NCBI RefSeq assembly: GCF_018350175.1
Contig: NC_058368.1
Location: 87,856,001-87,920,000 of the forward strand
Reading direction: 5' to 3'
DNA length: 64,000 bases
DNA from: Felis catus
Taxonomy: Eukaryota
Under the pieces are notes generated by a model. The model saw only the letters and a program-made list of their open reading frames with translations. It did not search any database and was not told where the DNA came from. Shown here piece by piece: positions 1 to 10,864 of the stretch (position 1 is the first letter of the stretch; the number at the start of each line of letters is the position of its first letter). Position numbers and translations under genes: made by a program.

Positions 1-26
1 CCCGCCCCTGCGCTTGGAGAACTCAC

Positions 27-102
27 ATGATGAAGGCTGTCACGCCTATAGCCCAGATGTCGGTCTGTGGGACGGCACCCTGGCCCTCCAGGAGCTCGGG
101 AG
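27..102 (-). CDS. OBSCN: OBSCN exon, kinase 2 (APELLEGQGAVPQTDIWAIGVTAFIM)
   Basis: cag acceptor, gtgagt donor; APE and DIW motifs. Confidence 0.93.
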
Positions 103-224
103 CTGGGAGTGAGTACAGGTCAGGGCACAGGTGAGAGGCTGGGGAGGGACGCAGGCCTGGGGGCGGGGTTTCCTCCTGGCCCACCCTTCCCCCCAGGTCA
201 GGTTGGCGTCCGCTCCCAGCGCAC

Positions 225-448
225 CCATGGTCTCCACGTAGTCCTTGAACCTCTCGGAGGGCAGGACCTTCTCCTGGGCGAGGCTCTGGGCGTTGCCCAG
301 GTCGACGACCTTGAGTAAGTTGTATTCGGTGACGATCATGTTCTCGGACCTGAGGTCCAGATGCAGAATGCGCTGGGCGTGCAGGTACTGGGCGGCGCTA
401 AGCATCTGCCATAGGTAATCCTTCACCTCCGACTCTGAGTAGGAGACC
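225..448 (-). CDS. OBSCN: OBSCN exon, kinase 2 catalytic loop (HLDLRSEN...VVDLG)
   Basis: ORF 46..486; cag/gtgcgc; phase 2 to 1. Confidence 0.95.
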
Positions 449-675
449 CTGGGGGCGCGTGAGAAGAGGGACTCGGCTCTGTCCACGGCAGAAGGGGCGC
501 GGAGACACGAGCCCTGCCCGTGGGCTTGGGAGGGGCACCCCCGCTCTGCTAAAGCTCCGGGACGTGGGCTGGTCGGTGGAGGCGGAGCCGGGAGGTGGTA
601 CGCACCGCGCGCCCCTCCGCGCTCCGTCGCTCTTTACATTCCCGCCCCGGGACCAGCAGACAGGCCACCCCTCAC

Positions 676-915
676 CTCTCCGCCAGGCAGGGGAGCAGCT
701 CGGGTCCCGAGCAAAGCTCCAAGATGAGGACCAGGTGCCGGGGGCTGAGGTAGGCGGCCTGCAGCTGGGCCAGGTGCGGGTGGCGCAGGCTCTTGAGAGC
801 CTCGTATTCGCGCAGTACGGCAGTCCTGTCCTCGGGGCGATAGGGAACGATCTTCGCGGCCAGCGCGCGTCCGCTGGCCTTCTCCCGGCACTGCCGCACC
901 ACGCTGAAGCGGCCC
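676..915 (-). CDS. OBSCN: OBSCN exon, kinase 2 N-lobe (GRFSVVRQC...LAAKIV...LILELCSG)
   Basis: ORF 672..959; cag/gtgagg. Confidence 0.95.
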
Positions 916-1136
916 CTGGGCGAGGGGGCACCGGCCAGGCTTGTGAGGACACCCCCCACGCACCCTCCTTCCCAGTATCAGTAAAGCAAGCCCAGCGGGA
1001 GGTGACCAGAGCCTTCCGGGAAGGGGGAGGACGGCACAGAGGCTCTGAACCAAACTTGGGTGGAGGCGCCAAGTGGGCAGGGAGGCTGGGCCAGCGGGGT
1101 GGTGAGCTGTGGCGGGGAGGTCCGCCTTCCCTTTAC

Positions 1137-1221
1137 CTTCGGATCTGCGTCTGGAAGGCGAACGTCTGCGTGCTGGGGAGGGGCTGGGCTGGCCGCGAGG
1201 CGCTGCTCTCCTCCTCAGAGG
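1137..1221 (-). CDS. OBSCN: OBSCN exon, linker into kinase 2 (ASEEESS...TQTFAFQTQIRR)
   Basis: tag/gtaaag; phase 1 to 2. Confidence 0.9.
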
Positions 1222-1398
1222 CTACGGGAGAAGGAGTCAGTGACGGAGGCACCCCTCCAGCCCCAGCTCCCCCCACCTCGTCTCCTCTCCTCCTTCCCAG
1301 GCACCCTGACAGGGGCCCTTCTGTGAATCCCCACACTTTGACCTCATTCCTTGGGCCATGGAGATGCAGAGACCTACAGGTTAAACCAAACTTTCCCA

Positions 1399-1588
1399 GG
1401 GGCAGTCCTGGGGGCTCAGTCCCTTAAGCGTCTGACTCTTGATTTCTGTTCTTGTCGTGATCTCATGATTGGTGAGTTCAAACCCACAGCTCAGAGCCTG
1501 CTTAGGATTCTCTCTCCCTTTCTGTGCCCCTCCCCTGCTCATGCTCTTTCTCTCTCAAAAATAAATAAAACAAAAATAAATTTAAAAA
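1399..1588 (+). mobile_element. Carnivore tRNA-derived SINE (Can-SINE), internally deleted
   Basis: ctgggggctcagtc..ttaagcgtctgactcttgat head, CT-rich segment, A-rich tail. Confidence 0.85.
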
Positions 1589-1654
1589 GCATCCCAGAGA
1601 GTACGTGTGACTGGAGTGATAGCGCATGGCCACCGCCCCGCCCAGCAGGCTCAC

Positions 1655-1825
1655 CCAGGTGGCTGGGCCCTCCCAGGAGGACCGGCTCTGAGGGGCTGCT
1701 GTAAGGACCCATGCCCGCCTTGCTGACGCAGGCCGTGCGGAAGATGTATGTGCCGCCCCTCGAAAGCTTGCTGGCGCCGTAGCAGCAGTCAAAGATGTCA
1801 GAAGCCAGGGTGTTCCAGCTGCCAC
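1655..1825 (-). CDS. OBSCN: OBSCN exon, Fn3 second half (GSWNTLASDIFDCCY...PYSSPSEP)
   Basis: ORF 1539..1847; cag/gtgagc. Confidence 0.93.
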
Positions 1826-2001
1826 CTGGGCCACACAGGAGGGGCATGGGTGAACACTAGCCCAAGGCCCCCCTCCCCAGGGCCAGGGGGTGGACAGACC
1901 TCTCCTAGAGGGAGCACGGAGTTGGCTGGGCTCTGCCTGAGGCCCCCCAGCCAGGCAGGCTTCCCCGATGGGCACCCGGGGGACACCGGGACGGCTCGCA
2001 C

Positions 2002-2124
2002 CTTCCAAGCTGCACTGCACAATGTAGGTTACAGGGCCGTATGACTCCACAGGTTTCCAGACCAGCAGCACCCCGTCGGCATATACCTCCCCAATGTCCG
2101 GGCGGGGGGAAGACGAGGGGCGCT
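2002..2124 (-). CDS. OBSCN: OBSCN exon, Fn3 first half (ERPSSSPRPDIGEVYADGVLLVWKPV)
   Basis: ORF 1502..2284; cag/gtgcga. Confidence 0.93.
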
Positions 2125-3036
2125 CTGCGGGGCCACAGTCAGCAGTCAGGGTGGGGGGGTCTTTCCAGGGCTTCCGATGCAGCTCAGAGCCCCTGCCCGC
2201 CCCGCCTTGCCCTCCTACACCTGCAGCCAGGACCCTGAGCCCACCATCCCCTAGTCCCATTCGTTCGGGGTCCCCTTCCAGCACTGACCAGTAAGTAGAA
2301 GGGCCCAGGGCCTCCTGTGGTGGGGGCCTTGGTAGGTGTGTACCCTGCCAGGCTCCCTTCCCACCATGTACTCAGGAAGCCTGTGGAGTGGCCCTCAGGG
2401 ACAGCCCTCTGCCAGTGCCAGGCCCCCCACAGGGAGGCCTGTCATGGCTGCTCAGGTTCACCTGACAAACACCTGCTGGTTGGCCATTGCTGAGAATTAA
2501 GCCAGGGCCCGAGGGCTGCACCCACAGCCCCTGTTTGGGGTCCCCTGCACTGTTTTTGAGATCATAGTTTGACCTTAATAGAAATACAAACTGGGAAGCA
2601 GGCTGGTCCTCCATTGGCTAGAAGAACTGGGAGGAAATGGGTGTGAAATGCAAGGAGAGGAGCCCCCCCCCACACACCCAGAAGGGCAGGGGAGAGGGCT
2701 GGGCCAGGTGGGCCACCCTGCCTCCTGCCTTCTGCCTCCCATCCTGGGGGTTCCAGCCTTCAGAGCGGACTCCTACCCTCTGTGGCCCCTCCAGGCTTGC
2801 CAGTGTGCTGGGGTGTGCACAACTGGCTGGTGAGCGTCACATTCTGTAGGCCTCCAGCAGAGGGGCCCAGCATAAACCCACCCTCAAAGTGATAAGGGGT
2901 CTCCAGGCACCCCAGAAGAGTCTCATCCCCTCCCCCGCCTCCGTGGGCCTGGAGGAAACCTCCAGAAGGAGGCAGTGGCATGTGGGGTGGCCCCTCTCCC
3001 TGTCTCCACCCAGAGGGCCTGGCACGGTGCACCCAC

Positions 3037-3204
3037 CTGCCTTCCGGAGGACAGCCGTGGTGGCCGCAGTCCCCAGCGTGTTGCGAACGCTGCACGTGTA
3101 CACTCCCAGGTCATCAGCATTCACCACCAGGATGGTCAGGAGCTGGAAGTTCTTGAGTGTGGAGGAGATAAGGAGGCGGCTGCTACTCTCCAGGGGAGTC
3201 CCAT
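3037..3204 (-). CDS. OBSCN: OBSCN exon, Ig second half (DGTPLESS...DDLGVYTCSV)
   Basis: cag/gtgggt; DxGxYxC motif. Confidence 0.93.
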
Positions 3205-3351
3205 CTGCAGCAGGACAAAGCAGACCTGGGGAGCAGCTCGAATATGCACCCTGCCTGGAGACCCGTGCCCTCCTGGGGCCTTAGGTTCCCTCTGTACAGT
3301 GAGAGCAGTGCCCTCCTCTTCCTGCACCCCAGCCCCAGGACACCTCCTTAC

Positions 3352-3462
3352 CTTTGCTCCAGGTGGCCTGTGCAGCTGGCTGGGCTGACACTTGGCAGGC
3401 AAGAGTCACTGACTGGCCCAAGACCACCGTTTCATCTGAGAGCTCCCTTAGAAAGGATGGTG
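3352..3462 (-). CDS. OBSCN: OBSCN exon, Ig first half (APSFLRELSDETVVLGQSVTLACQV...WSK)
   Basis: hand translation; cag/gtaagg. Confidence 0.92.
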
Positions 3463-3779
3463 CTGGGGAGCAGGAAGGGAGGCAGGGGAGCCTTCAGAGA
3501 TGATCCCCAACCTGAGAACCTGGACCCCTGAGGCAGGGATGCTGGGGAAGCCCACCCTCACTCAGCTCATCTTCAACACTAGCACCTGCCCCAGAAAGTC
3601 CTCCAGAACTGCCCCAATAATGGGACCAGAGCACCCCCCCTCACCTATCTGGGCTCCAGCCCCCGTGGATGTAAGCTTGTCCCCCACACTGGTCTGGGCA
3701 CTGAGGAGGGGCTCCCGTCCCCCACAGCTGGGTCCCCTCAGCTGCAGTGCGACTCGGCCCCCCAGGGCAGCACACCCAC

Positions 3780-3857
3780 CTCGGTCCTTGCTTTTCAGGC
3801 CCAGCCGAAAGGAAGCCAGGCCTGCCTTCTTCCTGGGGGGGCTCTCTTTCTCCAGAC
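3780..3857 (-). CDS. OBSCN: OBSCN exon (GLEKESPPRKKAGLASFRLGLKSKDR)
   Basis: ORF 3562..3933; cag/gtgggt; phase 1-1. Confidence 0.88.
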
Positions 3858-4354
3858 CTGCAGGGAGGAGGCCTCCAGAAGTCACACCTAAGGGGCCCAG
3901 CTGCCACCCACAGTGGACTCCCACATGGGGCACAAGAGCCCAGATCCCAAAGACTTTTGTTGCAAATGAGCTAAACTTGCTGCAGAGACCACTCCCTTCT
4001 GACCCCTGTCAGGATCAGCCTGTCCTGGGCAAGGGCACCAGGGGCAGGTAAGACTTGGGGGCCACAGGTGCCTGGGGAGGCCAGGACTGGTTTGATTCTC
4101 TTTGTACCAGTGTCTCCAAGCCTTCTCAGGTCCCAACACAGGGACCTCAGATGCACATGGGGGTTGCGGGTTGAGGCCACACAGGAGACCTCAGAAACAG
4201 AGGCCCCCATGTGGGGCAGGGGAGAGGACCCTGGAGCAGAGTGGCTTCTGTGTCACCCAGCTCTTCCCAGCCGCGGAGGCGGCGAGGTGCCCCAAAGTGC
4301 AAACAAGACACCTACTACCTGCAGGGAGGGGGTGGAGTGGGGTGGGGAAGTCAC

Positions 4355-6380
4355 CTTCCGGCCTGCCCTTCAGGAGGCGGGAGATGTGGGCCACTGAGGC
4401 CCTCACCCTCCTGCGCAGTCCCAGCTCCAGGGGCTCCTCCAGCGTGTGTCTCCTGGGGAGGTGGAAGAGGCCACCGGAGGGGGGTGACCATTTCCGCTTC
4501 CTACTGCCAGTGGCCTCCCCGAGCAGGGTCTCCATGTCCTCTGGCTCCTCTGTGATCTGCAGGCTGGCTGGTGGACCCAGTGCGCCTGGCCAGGGCCACG
4601 CGGCCTCTGGGAACTCAGCCAGCTCCTCCTCTGCCTCGGATTCCGGGGAGGAAGGTGACTCTGGTTCCACAGGCTTGGGGACCTTCCTGAAGATCATGAA
4701 CTCGAAAGGGAGGTACTTAATGTCATACAGGTCGGACAGGTTGAGGTAGGCAGGCTCCACCTCTGAGATGTCCAGGGACACGGTGTCCGCTGCTTCTGAG
4801 TCCCCAGACAGGTCTCGGATCTGCACCAGGGACACCTGGGAGCCCCTGCCGAAGTCTTCCCACGAGCTCAGCTCTGGGGAAGCCCTTGGGGGTGCCCTGC
4901 TGCCCTTGGGAAGGGGCGCTGCGCTGGCCTGGGGGGGTGGGCTCTGAGCCCCAGTGTCATCATGCTCCTCTGAGGACTGAGAGGTGGCCCAGGCCATCCT
5001 GGCCCACAGGGGACCCTGCCCCAGCATGCCCCCTGCATCCCCACCAAAGGCAAAGGTGCCATAACCCGCCACTCCGGCGTAGCCCCCACGTTGCCCCAGG
5101 GAGAACTTCCGCATGGTGGCCTGTTCCTGAGGCCGCTGTGGGCTGGGCTCCGGTTCTGATGCATCCTCCAGCTCCCGGGTGGCATCCTGGGAAGGACCAG
5201 GCCCCGTGCCCACCTGGGAAGCCAGCCCTGAGGAGCTAGGGAGACTCAGCCTCCCAGTGAGACAAGTGTCCTTTGGACTCTCCATAGAGCCTGGCTGGCA
5301 GCTTTCTTGGGCTGGGGAGAGGGGAGCCTGGGTCTCCCCTGAGAGGAAGGGGCTGGAGGATGCCCAGAGGGGCCCCGTGCACTGCTCTGAAGGGAAGGAG
5401 CCAGAAAGTTGTGGTGTAACAGCCTTAGGGGGGCCACAGCCTTGCAGGGGAGCGGGACCCCACTGGGGCTGGAAGGAAGGGGCGGGCTGCCACCCACAGC
5501 TGTCCTGGGATGACCCCTCTTGCTGAGCAGCCCCTGGGAGGCCCCCGATGGATGGCAATAGTCTTGGCCCCTGCTGGGATCCCTCTGGACACTGCATCTC
5601 CTGGGCACATGTGACCCCTCCTGGCAGGCTCTCCCCTGAGGCTATCTGGAGGCCTGAGAGGCCTGGGGCAGGGCACTGCCCCCCACCACAGGCCTCAGTG
5701 GAGGAGCTGGTGGAGTGTGGCTGGTCGAGCTCCAGGGATCGGCTGCGGCCGGGTGCCACTCGGGCGCTGGAGCCAGGCAGCCGCAGGGCGGTCTCGAAGG
5801 AGGGCACTTTGGCCATCAGAGCGGCCTGCTCCTCCCGGGCGGCCTCCTCCTCCAGCGCGCGATGCTCCAGCAGCGGCTCCCGCAGGCCGGGCAGGGCCTT
5901 TGCGAAGTAGCCGCCCTTGAGCAGGTGCCTCCGCCGGGCGGGGTGCCGCCTGCCGCCCATGGCGGGGCCTCCGCGCTCCAGGGCCTCGCCTGCCTGCTGG
6001 TAGAAGAGGCTGCGGATGACGCTCTGCCGGGGAACGCAGCCCGGGGCAGCAGGCACCTCTGCACCTGGGGGCGACGCCGGCTGAGGCGCGGCGGCGGCAG
6101 ACGCGCAAGCCTCGGCCTCCTCCGGCAGGCTAGCGGACGGCCGCAAGAAGCCCCGCGGGTGCAGCAGCGGGGAGTGGGTCACCGGAGAGGGCGGCAGCGA
6201 TTTGGCCCGGGCGAAGGGTGCCAGCTCGTTGTCGGAGGACGAGGACGAGCTGCTGGAGGCGGCGCTGGCGCCTTCGTGCAGGTGCCGGGCCACCCCGAGG
6301 GACGGGCTGTCGGGCGGGCCCTGGAGCAGCTCGGGAATGGAGCGCATCACCAGGATGGACTTGTAGCTCATCAGGGAGCG
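4355..6380 (-). CDS. OBSCN: OBSCN 2026-nt inter-kinase exon (RSLMSYKSILVMRSIPELL...ISRLLKGRPE)
   Basis: ORF 4191..6371 (726 aa); cag/gtgact. Confidence 0.95.
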
Positions 6381-6766
6381 CTGGGGGTTGCAGGGGACAG
6401 GGGCGCGTCAGCCGTGTGTCCGCCCGCTTTGCGGCTCCTAGTGGTCCCTGAAGGGGCACCCAGGAACTGGAGCGCATTACAAGCTCCACTCCTCATCCCC
6501 TAGGGCTGTGTCGTTCTGTTCCTGCCCAGGCTGGGACGTTGCGCGTGGCACGCACCTCCTCCCAGACCCGCCCCCGGGGCTCAGAGAGCTCATGCCCCAG
6601 CCTGGCTTCTCTTTCTCCCAGGCCCTGCGGGGACGCACAGCCAGCCCTCGGGGCCTGGTTTCCTTGCGGGCCTCCAGCCCCCACCTCGCAGCTCTGCCCC
6701 CTCTTCAGCATCTTTTGGGGGATCTAACCCTAACCCTCACCCCCTCCACAAAGCTGCACTGCTCAC

Positions 6767-6844
6767 CTGCCAGCGGCTACGGGCTAGCAGGAACTTGAGT
6801 TGCTTGGTGTTGATGAAGTGGGCCTCCTCCGCGGGCACGGACTT
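6767..6844 (-). CDS. OBSCN: OBSCN exon, kinase 1 regulatory tail (KSVPAEEAHFINTKQLKFLLARSRWQ)
   Basis: cag/gtgagc; phase 0-0. Confidence 0.93.
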
Positions 6845-6978
6845 CTGAGAGGGCCCAGGTGACAGAGACGGTGAGGGCAGACCCTGGTGCACCCTGTGGT
6901 CCACGCAGACCTCTGCCTCCCCAGCCCCATGGCCTGTTTCCCTCCCTGTGCAGGCCTGCTTGGGCTCAGCCTGCTCAC

Positions 6979-7024
6979 CTGGAACCAAGGGTGGGCCAGG
7001 CACTTGGCTGCGCTGGGTCGGGCC
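6979..7024 (-). CDS. OBSCN: OBSCN exon, kinase 1 (ARPSAAKCLAHPWFQ)
   Basis: cag/gtgagc; RPSA..L.HPW motif. Confidence 0.93.
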
Positions 7025-7121
7025 CTGCAAGGAGAAGAAGGCCAGGGGTCAGGCCAGGTGGTCAGCTGCCCCAGGGGCAGGCCTGTGAGAACCCGGGGCG
7101 GGGAAAGGGTGGCACACTCAC

Positions 7122-7274
7122 TCTGGGGCCCTCTGCAGGGCAGCCTTGATAAATTCCTGGGCATCCTCGCTGAGGTGGGCAGCCATGGGGCTGCTCCAAG
7201 ACACCCGCCCCTCCAGCACATTCAGGAGGGTGGCTCGGTCACTCTCACCGGCAAACGGTGACGAGCAGGTCAGG
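7122..7274 (-). CDS. OBSCN: OBSCN exon, kinase 1 (LTCSSPFAGESDRATLLNV...)
   Basis: hand translation; cag/gtgagt. Confidence 0.92.
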
Positions 7275-7846
7275 CTGAAAGCAGAGACATGACTTTGCCT
7301 TCAGAAGTGACCTGGATTTCTGGATGCATAGGGAGCAGGTGGCCAGAGCAAACAGTGCTGAGTCTTTTACAAGGCCCCCAGTGGCCACAGAGCCACTCCC
7401 ATCCAGCCCTGAGAGTCCCAGAAATGGCCAATATTTGCCCAGAGATCCACGCTCAGCCTGGGACAGGGATCAAGGGTCAACCTGGAGTATGTACCCAGCC
7501 TTAGCGTGAGGTGGGATCCAGGCTCAATCTACACCAGCAGCCTCCTCGAGGGCAGCTGTAACTGTAATGAGGAGGCTCTGGGCAGACCCTTTAGGGAAAC
7601 AGCTCAGTGCTTTGCCTGGTGACCCGGCCAAGCTCCTCTGGGCCACAGTGTGTAAGAAAAGAGTGCAGCAGAAACCACTTATCAGAGTTGGCTGACCGCT
7701 GGTTCCCATAATAGCTGCCCTGTGGGTCTTGGGTCTTTGATCTGGGAAGCAGCCAGTAGTGCACATGGCTTGTCATGGGTCTGATGGGGAAGGGATCAGC
7801 GCTTGGTTTCAGAGGGGGTGGTTGACAGAGGCAGGTGTCTGCTTAC

Positions 7847-7873
7847 CTGAGATAGGAGATGACCCCCATGGCC
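7847..7873 (-). CDS. OBSCN: OBSCN 27-nt microexon, kinase 1 alphaF (WAMGVISYLS)
   Basis: ctgcag/gtaagc; completes DIW-AMGV motif. Confidence 0.92.
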
Positions 7874-8016
7874 CTGCAGGAGCAAAAGCACAGTCTTGAG
7901 TCATCCCATACCTGGGCTTCGGGCAAAGGGTATGCTCAGAGTTGGGGGGTGTGGGAGGAGGGGCAGCGACTGTGTGGAGCGGGGGCTGCTGGCATCCCCA
8001 GTGGCCACTCACTTAC

Positions 8017-8189
8017 CAGATGTCCGAGGCCTCGCTCACAGGAGTCTGCTCAATGATCTCAGGGGATACAAACTCTGGGGAGCCATACTTGCTGTATTGT
8101 GGCTCTACTGGGGTGATTTTTTGGGCAAAGCCGAAGTCGCAGATTTTAATGTCCTCCCGAGCGGGATGCACCATCAGGATATTTGGGGG
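8017..8189 (-). CDS. OBSCN: OBSCN exon, kinase 1 (PPNIL...KICDFG...YGSPEFVSPE...SDIW)
   Basis: ORF 8013..8222; cag/gtaagt. Confidence 0.96.
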
Positions 8190-8498
8190 CTGTGAGACAC
8201 AGTCAGGGAGAGGGGAGGCCATGCCCTAAGGAGGGGGCTCCCAGGGCCGCAGGGAACACACAAGGGTCTGTGAAGGGCTTTCCCAAGGCAACAGTGATGC
8301 TGGTGGGATAGTGGGCAGTCTTGGGGTAGGTTTTAGTGCTATTTGGGGACAGCTTCCAGTTCATCCGAGCTGTATCCCACCTGATATCACTCTGCATCCC
8401 CAGAGAGTCTGGAAGTGCTAGACTTGCCTCTACCCGCCCCCCCCCCCATGTTCAGGGTCCCTCCCTGGTCCCTGCGGGGCCCCAAGAAGGTCAAGCAC

Positions 8499-8576
8499 CT
8501 TTATGTCCAAATGGAGAATGCTCTGGCCGTGCAGATAATGCAGCCCTTCTGCCAGCTGCTGGATGTACACCTTGAC
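8499..8576 (-). CDS. OBSCN: OBSCN exon, kinase 1 (VKVYIQQLAEGLHYLHGQSILHLDIK)
   Basis: cag/gtgctt; HLDIK catalytic loop. Confidence 0.95.
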
Positions 8577-8963
8577 CTGGAACCGAGGCCAGGGCTCAGA
8601 GGAGGTCCATCCTCCACCTACTGCTCCACTTGCCCCCAGATCTGAGCTGGGCACGGATCCCGCAGGGCAGGTGATGTGCAAAGCCTCCCAGAGCCCAAAG
8701 CCAGAGGATTCCTCCAGCCCGGAAAGCAGATGGGCCTGACTAAAGCCGGAAGCACCTGGTGTCTCAGGAGGGAGGGCCCCACCAGCCAGGTGGTGACTGG
8801 GAGAGGAAAGCAGTGGCCCCCCGGGGAAGGGGGGTGCATGGAAGGGCTTAGAGAGCCCTACTGAGGAACTGCCACACCCCATGAGGCCCGGGGGAACCCC
8901 AGAAGGTTTCCAAGATGGGGTGTGCTGGGTGTGGCCAGGGAAAACAGGAGACCGTGCAGTTAC

Positions 8964-9024
8964 CTCAGCCTCGGTCACCACACTCTTCTTGAACAGCCGG
9001 TCCAGCAGCTCCTCTGAGGAGCAC
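8964..9024 (-). CDS. OBSCN: OBSCN exon, kinase 1 (CSSEELLDRLFKKSVVTEAE)
   Basis: cag/gtaact; acceptor preceded by U12-like branch site. Confidence 0.93.
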
Positions 9025-9527
9025 CTGGGGCTCAGGTCAAGGAAAGCTCTGGAGTCTGGAACCCACCTGGCCCCACACACACCTCCTATCTTGGGGTGGG
9101 GGTGGGGGCCAAGCTGGGGAGGTTGGTGCTCAGACTGTGGAGGGTGGGAGGGACAGAGACCCCAAGGAGGGGGGCCAAGGTCAGCGGACAGCAGCAGAGT
9201 GGGAGGGGTGAGTAGGGCATGTGCACCCCTCCCTGGAGCTCGGGTGGGCTGCCTGAGGACCCTCAGCATTAGCGCTGAGTGTGGCCCATAAGTCTGACCT
9301 CCCTGCTGGGCAAGGCCCCGTGGAGCGTGGGATGGCCCAGTGAGGGCTTGTCTTGGACCCTGTGACACAGCTCTGCCAAAATTCCTGAGCCAGGGGACCG
9401 CGAGCTACAAGGCCAGGGCTGTGTCCAGGAATAGCAGAACAGGCCCTGCTGGGGCCCTCCGACCTATGCCTGCCAAAGGTCTGCGTGGGCGCTCCTTTTC
9501 TTGGCCTCTGGCCTGGCTGTGGGATAC
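9025..9527 (-). other. Probable U12-type GT-AG intron
   Basis: 5'ss GTATCCCA; TTCCTTGAC branch motif (9044..9036) 11 nt before intron end; no polypyrimidine tract. Confidence 0.7.
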
Positions 9528-9728
9528 AGCTCCAGGACAAGGATCAGGGTCTTCCGGGTCTCAAACTGGTCAAGCAGCCCTGTGACCAGCGGGTGGCTGA
9601 GCGTGGCCAGGATGTCCCTCTCGCGGTACGCCTGGGTGCGCGTCCTGCTCCGCAGGGGGATGAACTTGGCCGCGCAGAACATCTGGTTTCCCTTGTGCTG
9701 CACCCTCTTCACGAAGCCGAACACGCCC
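9528..9728 (-). CDS. OBSCN: OBSCN exon, kinase 1 N-lobe (GVFGFVKRV...CAAKFI...LILVLEL)
   Basis: ORF 9464..9724; cag/gtatcc. Confidence 0.95.
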
Positions 9729-9789
9729 CTGGGAGGAGGGGAGCCACGCTGAGGGCGCGCCGGTTCCCCAGGACGGGGTTGGAGGAGCG

Positions 9790-10430
9790 GTGGAGTTCCC
9801 GGAGAGCTGTGCTCACGAGGGTCCTCCAGGGAAGGAGGTTTCTGGGGGACTGGGTTCTGGGTGGGGGTGCCCGTGCCCTTGGGTCAGCGGGAGGGGTGGA
9901 GCTCCTGAGAGGCGGAATTTCCGGAGAACAGGGGGGTGGGAAAGAGGGTGCTTTGTGGACGGCGGGGTCCCGAGGCGCAGGGGTTCCAGGGGATACTGGC
10001 GGCTCCCTGGAGAAAGCTGGTGCTCCGTGGGGGCGGGGTCCCGGGAAGCTGGGGCTCCCGGGGGGCTGGGGGCGGGGACTTGAAGGAAGGGGCTCTGGGA
10101 GGTGGAGGTTGAGGGGCGGAGTTCAGGGGACGCAAGGGTCCCCGGGGACCAAGGGTTCCAGGGGTGCTGGGGGCTCCCGGGGGAGAAGGCAGGTGCTCCG
10201 TGGTGGGCGGGGTTCCTGGGGCACAGGGGTTCCCGGGTCGCAGGGTTTCCAGGATCCTGGGGGTTCTGGGGGCGGAGATTGGGAGGAAAGAGCTCTGGGA
10301 GGCGGGGACTGAGGGATGGAGTTCCAGGGATTCAGGGGTCCGCGGGGCGCGGGGGTTCCAGGAGGTGCTGGGGGCTCCCAGGGCGGAGAGTCGGGGGAAG
10401 GGGCTCTGGGTCGCGGGGGTGTCGAGGAGC
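9790..10430. repeat. Degenerate G-rich tandem repeat filling a kinase 1 intron
   Basis: recurrent ggggttccaggg / gtgctgggggctccc / gggctctggga motifs. Confidence 0.7.
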
Positions 10431-10464
10431 GGCCCTCTCCTGTGGCTGCGTTTGTGGACAATAC

Positions 10465-10546
10465 CTTCCAATTTCCTCCTTGACCTCATAGAAGGAGTGC
10501 AGCTTCCTTCGATAGCTTTGCTTCTCAGTGTCAGGCTCGCTGTCTC
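10465..10546 (-). CDS. OBSCN: OBSCN exon, start of kinase 1 (GDSEPDTEKQSYRRKLHSFYEVKEEIGR)
   Basis: cag/gtattg; phase 1 to 2. Confidence 0.93.
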
Positions 10547-10695
10547 CTGTAGTCGAAGAAAGGGAGTCGTAGGTGTAACTATGTCCACTTACCCCCAACT
10601 GGAGCGTCTCTGTGCTAGACGGACTATGCTGGAGCCTGAGGGAGGCTGCAGACCACACCCGTCCCATGCCCTCGAGGAAGGTTCCCCGGACTCAC

Positions 10696-10864
10696 CCCCG
10701 TGGACCACCAGCTCCGCTTTACACAGCACCTGGCCACCAGCGTTTTGGGCCAGGCAGGTGTAGACGCCTGCGTCCTGCTGTGTCACGTCCCTTAGCACCA
10801 GGGAGTAGGTAGTCCCTTCCCGATGCTGGCTGAGCCGGGCGCCGTCCACCACCTGGGCATCATC
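10696..10864 (-). CDS. OBSCN: OBSCN exon, Ig second half (DDAQV...QDAGVYTCLAQN)
   Basis: ORF 10589..10852; cag/gtgagt. Confidence 0.94.

Noticed and set aside
6724..6737. ctaaccctaaccct telomere-like motif
   Set aside because: Only about two units; expected by chance
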